Origin: Xanthomarina spongicola
Lineage (GTDB): Bacteria; Bacteroidota; Bacteroidia; Flavobacteriales; Flavobacteriaceae
Reading direction: 5' to 3'
Assembly (NCBI RefSeq): GCF_003148645.1
Contig: NZ_QGGP01000005.1
Location: 96,751 to 120,750 of the forward strand
DNA: 24,000 nucleotides
Every line of letters begins with the position of its first letter. The first letter of the stretch is position 1. Below the pieces are notes generated by a model. It searched no databases. It saw only the letters and a list, made by a program, of their open reading frames with translations, and was not told the DNA's origin. This document shows, one piece after another, positions 1-8,067 of this stretch. Both the position numbers and the translations under genes were made by a program.

Positions 1-72
1 TACAGCCGTTTGCTCGTTCATCCTAAAATTGATAGGTCGAATCATCAAGATTGTATTTGTTGTCTGTTGCAT
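1..72 (-). CDS. Partial CDS (first 24 codons, continues past the left edge); amidinotransferase-fold / arginine-deiminase-related (CtlX-like) protein
   Basis: The minus-strand ATG at 72-70 opens a frame that runs off the window: MQQTTNTILMIRPINFRMNEQTAV. The ILMIRPxxFRMNEQTA N-terminus matches my recollection of Bacteroidota 'arginine deiminase-related / citrulline utilization hydrolase' proteins. Only 24 codons are visible and the ORF is not in the supplied track. Confidence 0.35.
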   Translation of the reverse strand, partial: MQQTTNTILMIRPINFRMNEQTAV

Positions 73-184
73 GAATTTGAATTTAAATTGCAAAATTACT
101 TTATTAAAATGAAATGTAATTATGTAAAGTAAAAAAATTGTAACTTTAAACTACCTTGTCAATAATTTATAAAATCTTATAATT

Positions 185-691
185 ATGAAATATGCTTTCC
201 TCCTTTTTGCTTCTTTAATATTATGTGTTTCCTGTCAAAATAACACTCAAACTGAAGATATAAATCCAATAAATTGGAAAAAAAGAAGTGTTGACTTACC
301 AATGAATGATACTTTAACGAAGGGAAAAAGCTATTTGTCTGTTTATTCTGAAATCTATAGTATTACAGAACATAGAACCATTAACTTAACAGTAACAGTT
401 AGTTTAAGAAATGTAAGTATAAATGAGCCTGTTTATCTTTTAGATGCTTCTTACTACAATACCAAAGGCGATTTAATTAGATCTTACTTTAAAGATCCCG
501 TATTATTAAACCCTTTAGAAACCATTGAAATAATTATTGACGAAAAAGATACTCATGGTGGTTCTGGTGCCAATTTTATTTTCGATTGGGCTTTAAATCA
601 TTCTGGTCATGAACCCTTATTTGAAGCAGTTATGATATCTACATCAGGCCAGCAAGGTATTTCGTTCACAACGCAAGGAGTAACATTATAA
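185..691 (+). CDS. Small lipoprotein, DUF3124-like, function unknown
   Basis: 168-aa ORF with a signal peptide and lipobox (LILCVSC|QNN). The segments YLSVYSEIYS and HGGSGANFIFDW...EAVMIST.GQQGISF resemble the DUF3124 family as I recall it. Confidence 0.6.
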   Translation: MKYAFLLFASLILCVSCQNNTQTEDINPINWKKRSVDLPMNDTLTKGKSYLSVYSEIYSITEHRTINLTVTVSLRNVSINEPVYLLDASYYNTKGDLIRSYFKDPVLLNPLETIEIIIDEKDTHGGSGANFIFDWALNHSGHEPLFEAVMISTSGQQGISFTTQGVTL

Positions 692-702
692 AAATTTAAT
701 TA

Positions 703-1389
703 TCAAGGAGTTGAATTAGACACTTGAAGTGATTTCCCATTGTAATATTTTTGTCCATTTAAAGAAAAATCAAGAATATATTCTGCCATCTCTATAGCTG
801 TAGTTGGTGCCACATATCCAGGAAATGCCTCTTCAAGCATTTCTGTTTGTACAGCTCCTAAAGCAAGTACATTAAAACTAGGTCCTGTTTCTTTAAACTC
901 TTCAGCTAGTAATTCTGTAAGTATAATAAGAGCTCCTTTACTAGAGCTGTATGCCGAAAGTCCCGGGAATTTAACACTGCCTTGTATGCCTCCAATAGAA
1001 CTAATAGTAACTACATGACTGTTTTTTTTCATAAATGGAAGAACAGTTCTTATCATTTCTGAAACACCAAACACATTTGTTTTATAAACCTGCTCAAAAT
1101 CTGCCATAGTTGTTTCTACAAATGGTTTATTTATTAAGGTTCCTGCATTATTTATTAAAACATCTACCTGCTTCCAGTTTGTATTAATAAATTCTTCGAC
1201 TTTTTTGTAATCTGATATTTCACAAACATCACAAGAAATAGTGAAAACATTTTTTATCTGAAGCTCACTTATTGGATTTAAATTTCTAGACAATGCTAAA
1301 ACTTGGTGCCCTTGACTTGCAAATAACTTAACAAGTTCAAACCCTATACCTCTACTTGTCCCTGTAATAATGATGTTTCTAGTCTTCAT
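703..1389 (-). CDS. Classical short-chain dehydrogenase/reductase (SDR), substrate unknown
   Basis: TGTSRGIG (TGxxxGxG) cofactor motif at the N-terminus, NNAG motif, and the Ser...YSSSK (YxxxK) catalytic motif. An 11-bp overlap with the upstream M28 gene implies co-transcription. Confidence 0.85.
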   Translation of the reverse strand: MKTRNIIITGTSRGIGFELVKLFASQGHQVLALSRNLNPISELQIKNVFTISCDVCEISDYKKVEEFINTNWKQVDVLINNAGTLINKPFVETTMADFEQVYKTNVFGVSEMIRTVLPFMKKNSHVVTISSIGGIQGSVKFPGLSAYSSSKGALIILTELLAEEFKETGPSFNVLALGAVQTEMLEEAFPGYVAPTTAIEMAEYILDFSLNGQKYYNGKSLQVSNSTP

Positions 1390-2410
1390 ACAATACTATT
1401 TCTTTAGTTGGAGTATTACTCATGACTTCGATTGCTGGAATAATTTTATTGATTAAAGATGCCATATGATTGTAATCTAATTTATCAGCTTCATCATGAA
1501 CATGATGATAAAAATTATAATTTGATAAATCGCAAGATGAAATGGTTTGACTTGGTAATTTGAATGCCTCATAAAATGGATGATTATCTGAAGCTCTAAA
1601 CAGTTGATATTGTTTAGCAATTTCAGAAAAACCCACTAAATTACTTCCTACATATTCATTAATTTTTGATGCCATATTAGATAAATCATATCCTGTAATA
1701 AAAACTTCATAATCTCTATCTGTAAAAGGAACACCAATCATTTCAAAATTTAACATGGTATATAAATTTACCTCTTCAGCTTTTAATTTACCAGCTAAAT
1801 GTTTTGAACCTAATAAGCCCATTTCTTCTGCAGAAAATAAAACAAACATCAAACTTCTACCATTCGATTTATTCTCTGAAAAATATTTAGCCATAGCCAA
1901 AACAGCACTTGTACCAGCTGCATTATCGTTAGCTCCATTGGCAATTGAATCGTTCTCAACGGCTTTTCCATAACCTATATGGTCGTAATGTGCTCCTATA
2001 ATAATTAATTCTTCTTTTAGATTTGCATTTTGTCCTTCAAGAAAGCCAACTACATTATATGCATTCTTGTCTCCTACCTTAAAAGAATCTAGATAGGTTT
2101 CAAAATATGGTTGTATACCATGTTTGTTAAATTTTTTCTCAATATACATAGCTGCTTTTGCTATCCCTTCTGTTCCTGTATTTCTACCTAGCAACTCATC
2201 TGATGATAAATAAGAAACCGTTTCATTTAATTCTAAAGATGTTATTAAACTATTCTTTTTTGAATTAGAAGATGATGCCATAATAACATCATTTTTTGAA
2301 GGATTTGGAATAATGTTTTGATTTGGATCATCATTATTCATAACAACTGTCGTTGATTTACATGCTACTAAAAGAAATCCAACTGAAATTAGTATTAAAA
2401 AGTGCTTCAT
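1379..2410 (-). CDS. M28-family zinc aminopeptidase, lipoprotein
   Basis: Lipobox FLLVAC|KS. M28-type metal-ligand motifs are present: GAHYDHIG, GANDNAAGTSAVL and FSAEEMGLLGSKH. Confidence 0.85.
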   Translation of the reverse strand: MKHFLILISVGFLLVACKSTTVVMNNDDPNQNIIPNPSKNDVIMASSSNSKKNSLITSLELNETVSYLSSDELLGRNTGTEGIAKAAMYIEKKFNKHGIQPYFETYLDSFKVGDKNAYNVVGFLEGQNANLKEELIIIGAHYDHIGYGKAVENDSIANGANDNAAGTSAVLAMAKYFSENKSNGRSLMFVLFSAEEMGLLGSKHLAGKLKAEEVNLYTMLNFEMIGVPFTDRDYEVFITGYDLSNMASKINEYVGSNLVGFSEIAKQYQLFRASDNHPFYEAFKLPSQTISSCDLSNYNFYHHVHDEADKLDYNHMASLINKIIPAIEVMSNTPTKEIVLYED

Positions 2411-2558
2411 GTATTTATATATTTTGGTTTAAAGATAAAAAAAATTGATAGGTATGAAGATGCTTTCTTAACGTTTGTTTATTAGGATAGTTAAGGGGTA
2501 ATAAGATTTAGCTTAATTCACTAAAAATGATTAAATTGTAGAAAACAAATTTTAATAA

Positions 2559-3332
2559 ATGTCTTCAAGTAAATCTCCAATATATATCATGGTTATTGAG
2601 ACTAGTAATTTTTTACACAGACTTGAGGCAAATCAGTTTAATTTATTTACTCAAAAGCTTCATAATGGTATTTCTAATTTACTAAAAAAATTTGATGGAC
2701 GTATTTTAAATCACAACGACAACACCTATGAAGTGACGTTCAATACAGTAACAAACGCTGTTCTATGTGGCTTAAAATTGCGATCTAATTTTAAATACAT
2801 CACTCCTAAATTTGACAAATCCATTCGAGATTTAAAACTTGGAATAGCAGAAGGTAAATCTAATAACTCCAAATTATTGGCCTCCAGAATGTGTGAAGTG
2901 GTTGTGGAGGATAAATTTGTGGTTTCTGAAGCTGTCAAAATTGCATATGAAAAAGAAAACAGAAACAACTTTATTAATAGAGATGATATAAAAATTTTAA
3001 CGGTTTCTGAAGAGCAGTTTCTAACGCAACTAATGAACTATTTGGAAACCATTTGGAATGATGCAGGTTTTAAAGTTTATAGTTTTAGTGAATCTCTTGG
3101 CTTAAGCACCTCACAGTTTTATAGAAAGCTTAAAACATTAACAGGTAAATCCCCAAGTGAATTTTTAAGAAATTATAGACTGAAACAAGCCATGAACATG
3201 TTGCATACTAAAAAAGGTAACATTACTGAAATTGCCGAAAAAGCTGGATTTAACAGCCTGACTTATTTCTCAAAATGTTTTAAGGACACGTTTCATATTT
3301 TACCTTCAAAGTATCTTCAGCAGCATGCATAA
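2559..3332 (+). CDS. AraC/XylS-family transcriptional regulator with an uncharacterised N-terminal domain of about 150 aa
   Basis: The C-terminal ~100 aa form a typical AraC double HTH (LGLSTSQFYRKLKTLTGKSPSEFLRNYRLKQA...ITEIAEKAGFNSLTYFSKCFKDTF). For the N-terminal half, see the findings. Confidence 0.85.
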   Translation: MSSSKSPIYIMVIETSNFLHRLEANQFNLFTQKLHNGISNLLKKFDGRILNHNDNTYEVTFNTVTNAVLCGLKLRSNFKYITPKFDKSIRDLKLGIAEGKSNNSKLLASRMCEVVVEDKFVVSEAVKIAYEKENRNNFINRDDIKILTVSEEQFLTQLMNYLETIWNDAGFKVYSFSESLGLSTSQFYRKLKTLTGKSPSEFLRNYRLKQAMNMLHTKKGNITEIAEKAGFNSLTYFSKCFKDTFHILPSKYLQQHA

Positions 3333-3334
3333 AA

Positions 3335-3366
3335 AAACCCTATTTCAACTTAATGAAACAGGGTTT
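3335..3366. terminator. Bidirectional hairpin between the convergent AraC-type gene and the E2 gene
   Basis: AAACCCTATTTCA-ACTTAA-TGAAACAGGGTTT forms a 12-bp stem with one A/C mismatch. It is preceded by an A run and followed by TTT/ATAAA, directly after the stop at 3330-3332. Confidence 0.6.
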
Positions 3367-3402
3367 ATAAATATGTTTTATAAACTACACTCTAAATAGT
3401 AA

Positions 3403-5037
3403 TTACACCAACATAGTAACAGGATTTTCTATATATTCTTTTAAAGTTAATAGAAACTCTGAACCAGTTGCTCCATCTACTGTTCTATGGTCGCAAGCCA
3501 TAGTTAATTTCATAGTATTACCTACAACTATTTGTCCGTTTTTAACTACTGGTTTTTCAACAATAGCTCCAACAGATAAAATAGCTGAATTAGGCTGATT
3601 GATTATTGAAGTAAAACTCTCAATTCCAAACATCCCTAAATTAGAAATAGTAAAGGTGCTACCTTCCATTTCTTGAGGTGTTAATTTTTTATTTCTAGCT
3701 CTTACTGCATAATCTTTTACTGAAGCTCCAATTTGAGTTAAACTCTGCTCATTGGCAAATTTTACTACTGGAACAACCAAACCATCTGGAACAGCAACAG
3801 CTACTCCAATATGAACGTGGTTATTAATTTGCATTCTATCATCAAACCACTGAGAATTAACTTGAGGATGCCTTTTTAATGCTAAAGCACATGCTTTAAC
3901 AATAATATCGTTGAATGAGATTTTAGTTTCTGGTAACGAATTGTATTGTTGACGGAATGCTATAGCATTCTCCATATCAAACTCCACATTTAAATAATAA
4001 TGAGGTGCTGTAAATTTAGATTCAGCTAAACGTTTGGCTATTACCTTACGCATTTGCGAATGTTTCACCTCATCAAAATCTTCTTGTCCACTAGGTATAA
4101 ATTTACCAACTGAAGCAGATGATGTACCTGGAGTGAAATTCTCGATGTCACGTTTTACTATTCTTCCGTTTTCACCAGTTCCTTGTACTTGAGATAGGTT
4201 TATTCCTTTTTCTTCGGCCATTTTTTTAGCTAATGGCGAAACAAATATTCTACTTGAATTTGACGTTGAGACTGAAGTTTGAGACTTCTCAGCAGAACTT
4301 ATACTGAGCGCAGTAGAAGTGCTTGAAGTAACAGTTGTGTCTTTTTTAGTTTCAGCTTTAGGAGTTGTTTCCTCTTTTTTAGCTGAATCACCTTCTGCTT
4401 TAAAGTTTTTTGCTACTACAGAAACATCTGTCCCTTTTGGACCAATGATAGCTAAAAGTGAATCTACTTTGGCAGATTCTCCTTCTTGCAATCCAATATG
4501 CAATAAGGTTCCTGATTGAAATGACTCAAACTCCATAGTAGCTTTATCTGTTTCAATTTCAGCAAGAATTTCACCTTCCTCAACCGTGTCTCCAACTTTT
4601 TTCAACCAAGTTGCAACGGTTCCTTCTTCCATTGTGTCACTTAATCTTGGCATAGTAACTACAGTAACTCCTTCAGGAAGACTCACTTCTTCTTTTGCTT
4701 CTGAATTAGATTCTTCGCTATCGCTTTGAACAATATTTACTTTAGATGCATTCTCTGAAACTTTTGGATTGGAGACTAATAACTCAGAAATATCTTCTCC
4801 TTTTTCTCCAATAATTGCTAAAAGCTCATCTACTTTAGTAGTTTCTCCTTCTTGTACTCCAATATGTAATAAGATTCCTTCATGAAAAGATTCAAATTCC
4901 ATTGTAGCTTTATCTGTTTCTATTTCTGCTAAAATATCTCCTTCGCTTACTTTATCTCCAACTTTTTTCAACCAAGTAGCAACAGTACCTTCTTCCATGG
5001 TATCGCTTAAACGAGGCATATTTATTATTTCTGCCAT
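3403..5037 (-). CDS. Pyruvate dehydrogenase complex E2, dihydrolipoyllysine-residue acetyltransferase, with two lipoyl domains
   Basis: Two EIETDKATMEFES lipoyl-attachment motifs (Lys codons at 4909-4911 and 4543-4545). A peripheral-subunit-binding segment (VSPLAKKMAEEKGINLSQVQGTGENGRIVKRDI). A C-terminal 2-oxoacid acyltransferase domain with DHRTVDGA. The gene sits 3 bp downstream of pdhA. Confidence 0.93.
   Translation of the reverse strand: MAEIINMPRLSDTMEEGTVATWLKKVGDKVSEGDILAEIETDKATMEFESFHEGILLHIGVQEGETTKVDELLAIIGEKGEDISELLVSNPKVSENASKVNIVQSDSEESNSEAKEEVSLPEGVTVVTMPRLSDTMEEGTVATWLKKVGDTVEEGEILAEIETDKATMEFESFQSGTLLHIGLQEGESAKVDSLLAIIGPKGTDVSVVAKNFKAEGDSAKKEETTPKAETKKDTTVTSSTSTALSISSAEKSQTSVSTSNSSRIFVSPLAKKMAEEKGINLSQVQGTGENGRIVKRDIENFTPGTSSASVGKFIPSGQEDFDEVKHSQMRKVIAKRLAESKFTAPHYYLNVEFDMENAIAFRQQYNSLPETKISFNDIIVKACALALKRHPQVNSQWFDDRMQINNHVHIGVAVAVPDGLVVPVVKFANEQSLTQIGASVKDYAVRARNKKLTPQEMEGSTFTISNLGMFGIESFTSIINQPNSAILSVGAIVEKPVVKNGQIVVGNTMKLTMACDHRTVDGATGSEFLLTLKEYIENPVTMLV
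4432..5019 (-). repeat. Intragenic tandem duplication encoding the two lipoyl domains (copies at about 4798-5019 and 4432-4653)
   Basis: The protein segments MPRLSDTMEEGTVATWLKKVGD...AEIETDKATMEFESF...LLHIG.QEGE..KVD.LLAIIG.KG occur twice. The DNA copies are visibly similar, e.g. ccaacttttttcaaccaagt.gcaac.gt.ccttcttccat in both. Confidence 0.9.
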
Positions 5038-5040
5038 AGC

Positions 5041-6039
5041 TTATATTTTATGTTGAATAAATGGATAATCTTTTTGCTCGTAAACAGCATCGTACATGAC
5101 GTTTATATCTGGATATGGAGACTCTTCAGCAAATTTTTCACATTCACTTACTAATTCTTTAACGCGTTTATCAATTTTTTTGATCTCTGCTTCAGTAGCA
5201 TATTTCTTTTCAAGAATAACCTCTTTTACTTGAGTAATAGGATCTATTTTCTTGTATTCTTCTACTTCATCTTTTGTTCTATAATGTTGTGCATCACTCA
5301 TAGAATGACCTCTATAACGATAAGTCTTTAACTCTAAAAATGTTGGACCATCTCCACGTCTTGCTCTTTTAATAGCTTCATCGAAAGCTTCAGCAACCTT
5401 AACAGGATTCATCCCATCCACAGGTCCACAAGGCATTTCGTAACCTTTACCTAATTTCCAAATATCTGTATGGTTTGCAGTACGAGCTACTGAAGTTCCC
5501 ATAGCATAACCATTGTTTTCACAAACAAAAACTACTGGCAATTTCCAAAGCATGGCCATATTAAAAGTTTCATGAAGCGATCCTTGCCTTGCAGCTCCAT
5601 CTCCAAAACAACATAAAGTAACTGCGTCTATATTATGATATTTATCTCCAAATGCAATACCAGCTCCTAATGGTATTTGACCTCCTACTATACCATGGCC
5701 ACCATAAAAACGATGTTCTTTAGAAAAAATATGCATAGAGCCTCCTAAACCTTGAGATGTTCCTGTAGCCTTACCATATAATTCTGCCATAACACGTCTT
5801 GGATCAACTCCCATTCCAATTGGTTGGACATGATTTCTATAAGCAGTAATCATTTTATCTTTAGTTAAGTCCATAGCGTGTAAAGCGCCAGCAAGAATAG
5901 CTTCTTGTCCATTATATAAATGAAGAAATCCTCTAACTTTTTGTTGAATGTAAACGGCAGCTAGTTTGTCTTCAAACTTTCTCCAGAACAACATATCTTC
6001 ATACCACTTAAGGTAAACTTCTTTTGTTATTTTTTGCAT
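5041..6039 (-). CDS. pdhA: Pyruvate dehydrogenase E1 component, alpha subunit
   Basis: 332 aa with a thiamine-diphosphate-binding motif (GDGAARQGSLHETFNMAMLWKLPVVFVCENNGYAMGT) and YRYRGHSMSD, the regulatory-loop motif of heterotetrameric E1 alpha. Confidence 0.93.
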   Translation of the reverse strand: MQKITKEVYLKWYEDMLFWRKFEDKLAAVYIQQKVRGFLHLYNGQEAILAGALHAMDLTKDKMITAYRNHVQPIGMGVDPRRVMAELYGKATGTSQGLGGSMHIFSKEHRFYGGHGIVGGQIPLGAGIAFGDKYHNIDAVTLCCFGDGAARQGSLHETFNMAMLWKLPVVFVCENNGYAMGTSVARTANHTDIWKLGKGYEMPCGPVDGMNPVKVAEAFDEAIKRARRGDGPTFLELKTYRYRGHSMSDAQHYRTKDEVEEYKKIDPITQVKEVILEKKYATEAEIKKIDKRVKELVSECEKFAEESPYPDINVMYDAVYEQKDYPFIQHKI

Positions 6040-6094
6040 CTAAATTGTTATTAAGATAATGCTTAAGATTAACCTTATTAAAAACCAACGCGTA

Positions 6095-6115
6095 ATTCCA
6101 ATATTAATTTGGAAT
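6095..6115 (-). terminator. Weak hairpin downstream of cdd (possible terminator or pdhA leader structure)
   Basis: ATTCCAA-TATTAAT-TTGGAAT forms a 7-bp stem. On the minus strand it is followed after 5 nt by GGTTTTT. It is not a textbook intrinsic terminator. Confidence 0.3.
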
Positions 6116-6208
6116 AAGCGAATAGCAAAAATACTACTTTAGTTACTAATGAAAAAACTGTATTTCGTAAATTTTGTTGAGAAACTAATAATTTGTCTGT
6201 TAAATATC

Positions 6209-6691
6209 TTAAAGAACAGATTTATCGAATACCAATGGTAGTAGGTTTGCTAAAGAATGAGACTTCACTACTTTACCAGTTTCACCCATAAAATATATTT
6301 CTATTGGAGAATCTTGCTTGACTTCATATTCTGCAATAGCTTGTCTACAAGCTCCACAAGGTGGAATTGGTGTAATGGTTTGATGAATTCTAGAACCAGC
6401 AATAATAGCCATTTTTAATATTTTAGCGTCTGGAAATTGAGAACCAGCATAGTATATTGCTGTTCGTTCTGCGCATAAACCTGATGGATATGATGCATTT
6501 TCTTGATTACTTCCTAAAACAATTTGATTATTGTCTAATAATATGGCTGCACCTACACTAAACTTTGAATAAGGTGAATATGAATTTTTTCTAGCTTTAA
6601 CTGCTTGATTCATTAATTCTGAAATATCTGATGGCAACTCTTCTATATTATCGAATACAGTTAATGTTGATTCAATTTTTATTTCTTTCAT
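6209..6691 (-). CDS. cdd: Cytidine deaminase
   Basis: 160 aa with the zinc-ligand motifs CAERTAI and PCGACRQ of the homotetrameric cytidine deaminase family. Confidence 0.92.
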   Translation of the reverse strand: MKEIKIESTLTVFDNIEELPSDISELMNQAVKARKNSYSPYSKFSVGAAILLDNNQIVLGSNQENASYPSGLCAERTAIYYAGSQFPDAKILKMAIIAGSRIHQTITPIPPCGACRQAIAEYEVKQDSPIEIYFMGETGKVVKSHSLANLLPLVFDKSVL

Positions 6692-6733
6692 TCTTTATTA
6701 TATATACTTAAAGTTAGCAATACTATTTTAGAC

Positions 6734-6765
6734 AAAAAAACTATTGCGTTTGCAATAGTTTTTTT
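6734..6765. terminator. Rho-independent terminator after porV (symmetrical, usable in both directions)
   Basis: AAAAAAACTATTGC-GTTT-GCAATAGTTTTTTT. The GC-containing 7-bp stem is extended by A7/T7 arms and lies 22 bp past the porV stop. Confidence 0.85.
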
Positions 6766-6786
6766 ATATCTAATTAATCATAAAAA

Positions 6787-8034
6787 TTAATATTCAGAAT
6801 AAGCTTCTCTATCTATATTGAAAACTAGTGAGAAACGTAAAGTATTTTCTAATGGGCTTGGTACTTGAGATGCTGAGAATAAGTAAGACAAGTCTAGGCC
6901 AATTACATTATATTTAAATCCAGCTCCTATTGAGAAAAATTGTCTTGCACCTTTTTCTGGACTCTCATGAAAATATCCTGCTCTAAATGCAAAAGAGTCT
7001 TGATAAGAATATTCTGCGCCAATTGCCCAAGTTACTTCTTGCATTTCTTCGCTAAAGCCTCCTGGAGCATCTCCAAAAGATTGGAACATACCTTTAACAA
7101 AGCCAACATCTGGATCTTTTCCTTCAATTATGTAATTGTTGTCTTCACTTATTAATATATCTCCATCAGCTGGTTCGTAAACCCCATCATCATTAACGTC
7201 GTCGTATACTAATTGTGTTCCAGTAATTGGAGGAGTTGGTACTAATAATTTTGTGAATTCTGCTGTTAAAGAAACTCTATTATAATCGTCAAGTAAAAAA
7301 TCGAATCCAGCCCCTAAACGTAGATTTGTAGGCTGAAAGTTTTCTTGTCCTCCTTCATCATACTTAAATTTTGGACCAATATTTTGAATAGCAAATCCAA
7401 ATCGATATTTTCCATTAAAGCTATTAAATGCTTGTTCTTCGCTTTGATAGAATCCAGAAATATCTACACCAAAAGTACTTGCTGCAGATGTGTCTCCATT
7501 TCCATCTGGAATTTTTAAATCGGAATTTAAATAACGCATTGCAACAGACATACCGAACTGATCGCTTAATCTTAATGCATAAGACACATCAAAAGTAAAC
7601 TCGTTAGGACTCTGTATTAATGGTGTTTGGTTTTCATCTTCAACAAATTCTATATCACCTAAAGAAAAGTATCTAAAACTCGCAGCAAATGAGCTTCTTT
7701 CATTTATTCTATTAAAATAAGTAAGGCTTCCTAAAAATATATCGTTTACTAATTTACTTAAATATGGTGTATAACTAATAGCAACTCCTTGTTTGGTTTC
7801 TGAAAACACATATTTTGAAGAATTCCATTGCTGAGAAAATCCATCTACAGATGTTGCAACTCCCATATCTCCCATGGATGCTGCACGAGCATCTGAAGCG
7901 ATTAATAAAAAAGGTACTCCTGTTGTTATAACTCGTGAATCGTAAGGATCTGGAGTGATTTCTTCAACTATGTTTTGTGATTGTATTTGAGTTGCAAAAA
8001 ATAATGCTGATAACATTAATATTGATTTCTTCAT
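6787..8034 (-). CDS. porV: T9SS outer-membrane beta-barrel shuttle protein PorV (LptO family)
   Basis: Signal peptide (ALFFATQIQSQ). N-terminal GVPFLLIASDARAASMGDMGVA motif and barrel-like alternating pattern ending in an aromatic residue (...EAYSEY). The gene lies immediately downstream of porU, as in Flavobacterium johnsoniae and Porphyromonas gingivalis. Confidence 0.85.
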   Translation of the reverse strand: MKKSILMLSALFFATQIQSQNIVEEITPDPYDSRVITTGVPFLLIASDARAASMGDMGVATSVDGFSQQWNSSKYVFSETKQGVAISYTPYLSKLVNDIFLGSLTYFNRINERSSFAASFRYFSLGDIEFVEDENQTPLIQSPNEFTFDVSYALRLSDQFGMSVAMRYLNSDLKIPDGNGDTSAASTFGVDISGFYQSEEQAFNSFNGKYRFGFAIQNIGPKFKYDEGGQENFQPTNLRLGAGFDFLLDDYNRVSLTAEFTKLLVPTPPITGTQLVYDDVNDDGVYEPADGDILISEDNNYIIEGKDPDVGFVKGMFQSFGDAPGGFSEEMQEVTWAIGAEYSYQDSFAFRAGYFHESPEKGARQFFSIGAGFKYNVIGLDLSYLFSASQVPSPLENTLRFSLVFNIDREAYSEY

Positions 8035-8067
8035 AAATTCTATTTATTTAACAAATATATATTTTTA

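Noticed and set aside
1755-1973. 72-aa plus-strand ORF inside the M28 peptidase gene
   Set aside because: It lies entirely antisense to a well-supported CDS and has no recognisable motifs. It is a typical shadow ORF in AT-rich DNA.
2726-2968. 80-aa minus-strand ORF inside the AraC-type gene
   Set aside because: Antisense shadow ORF with no supporting features.
4319-4519. 66-aa plus-strand ORF inside the E2 gene
   Set aside because: It is antisense to the Ser/Thr-rich linker and the second lipoyl domain of E2. Its low-complexity translation is a by-product of the opposite strand.
4432-5019. The internal DNA duplication in the E2 gene as a possible assembly artefact or mobile repeat
   Set aside because: The copies are diverged (about three-quarters identical by eye) and in frame, and each encodes a complete lipoyl domain with its own attachment lysine. 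This is the normal multi-lipoyl-domain architecture.
3403-6039. Absence of an E1 beta gene between pdhA and the E2 gene
   Set aside because: As far as I recall, Flavobacteriia commonly encode the beta subunit elsewhere. Nothing in the window suggests a deletion or pseudogene: pdhA and E2 are 3 bp apart and intact.
6126-6133. A minus-strand TATTTTTG matching the Bacteroidota -7 consensus TAnnTTTG, as the pdhA promoter
   Set aside because: No convincing -33 TTG lies at the expected distance, and the element sits upstream of the 6095-6115 hairpin, which could equally be the cdd terminator. It is too ambiguous to call.
6940-7155. 71-aa plus-strand ORF inside porV
   Set aside because: Antisense shadow ORF.
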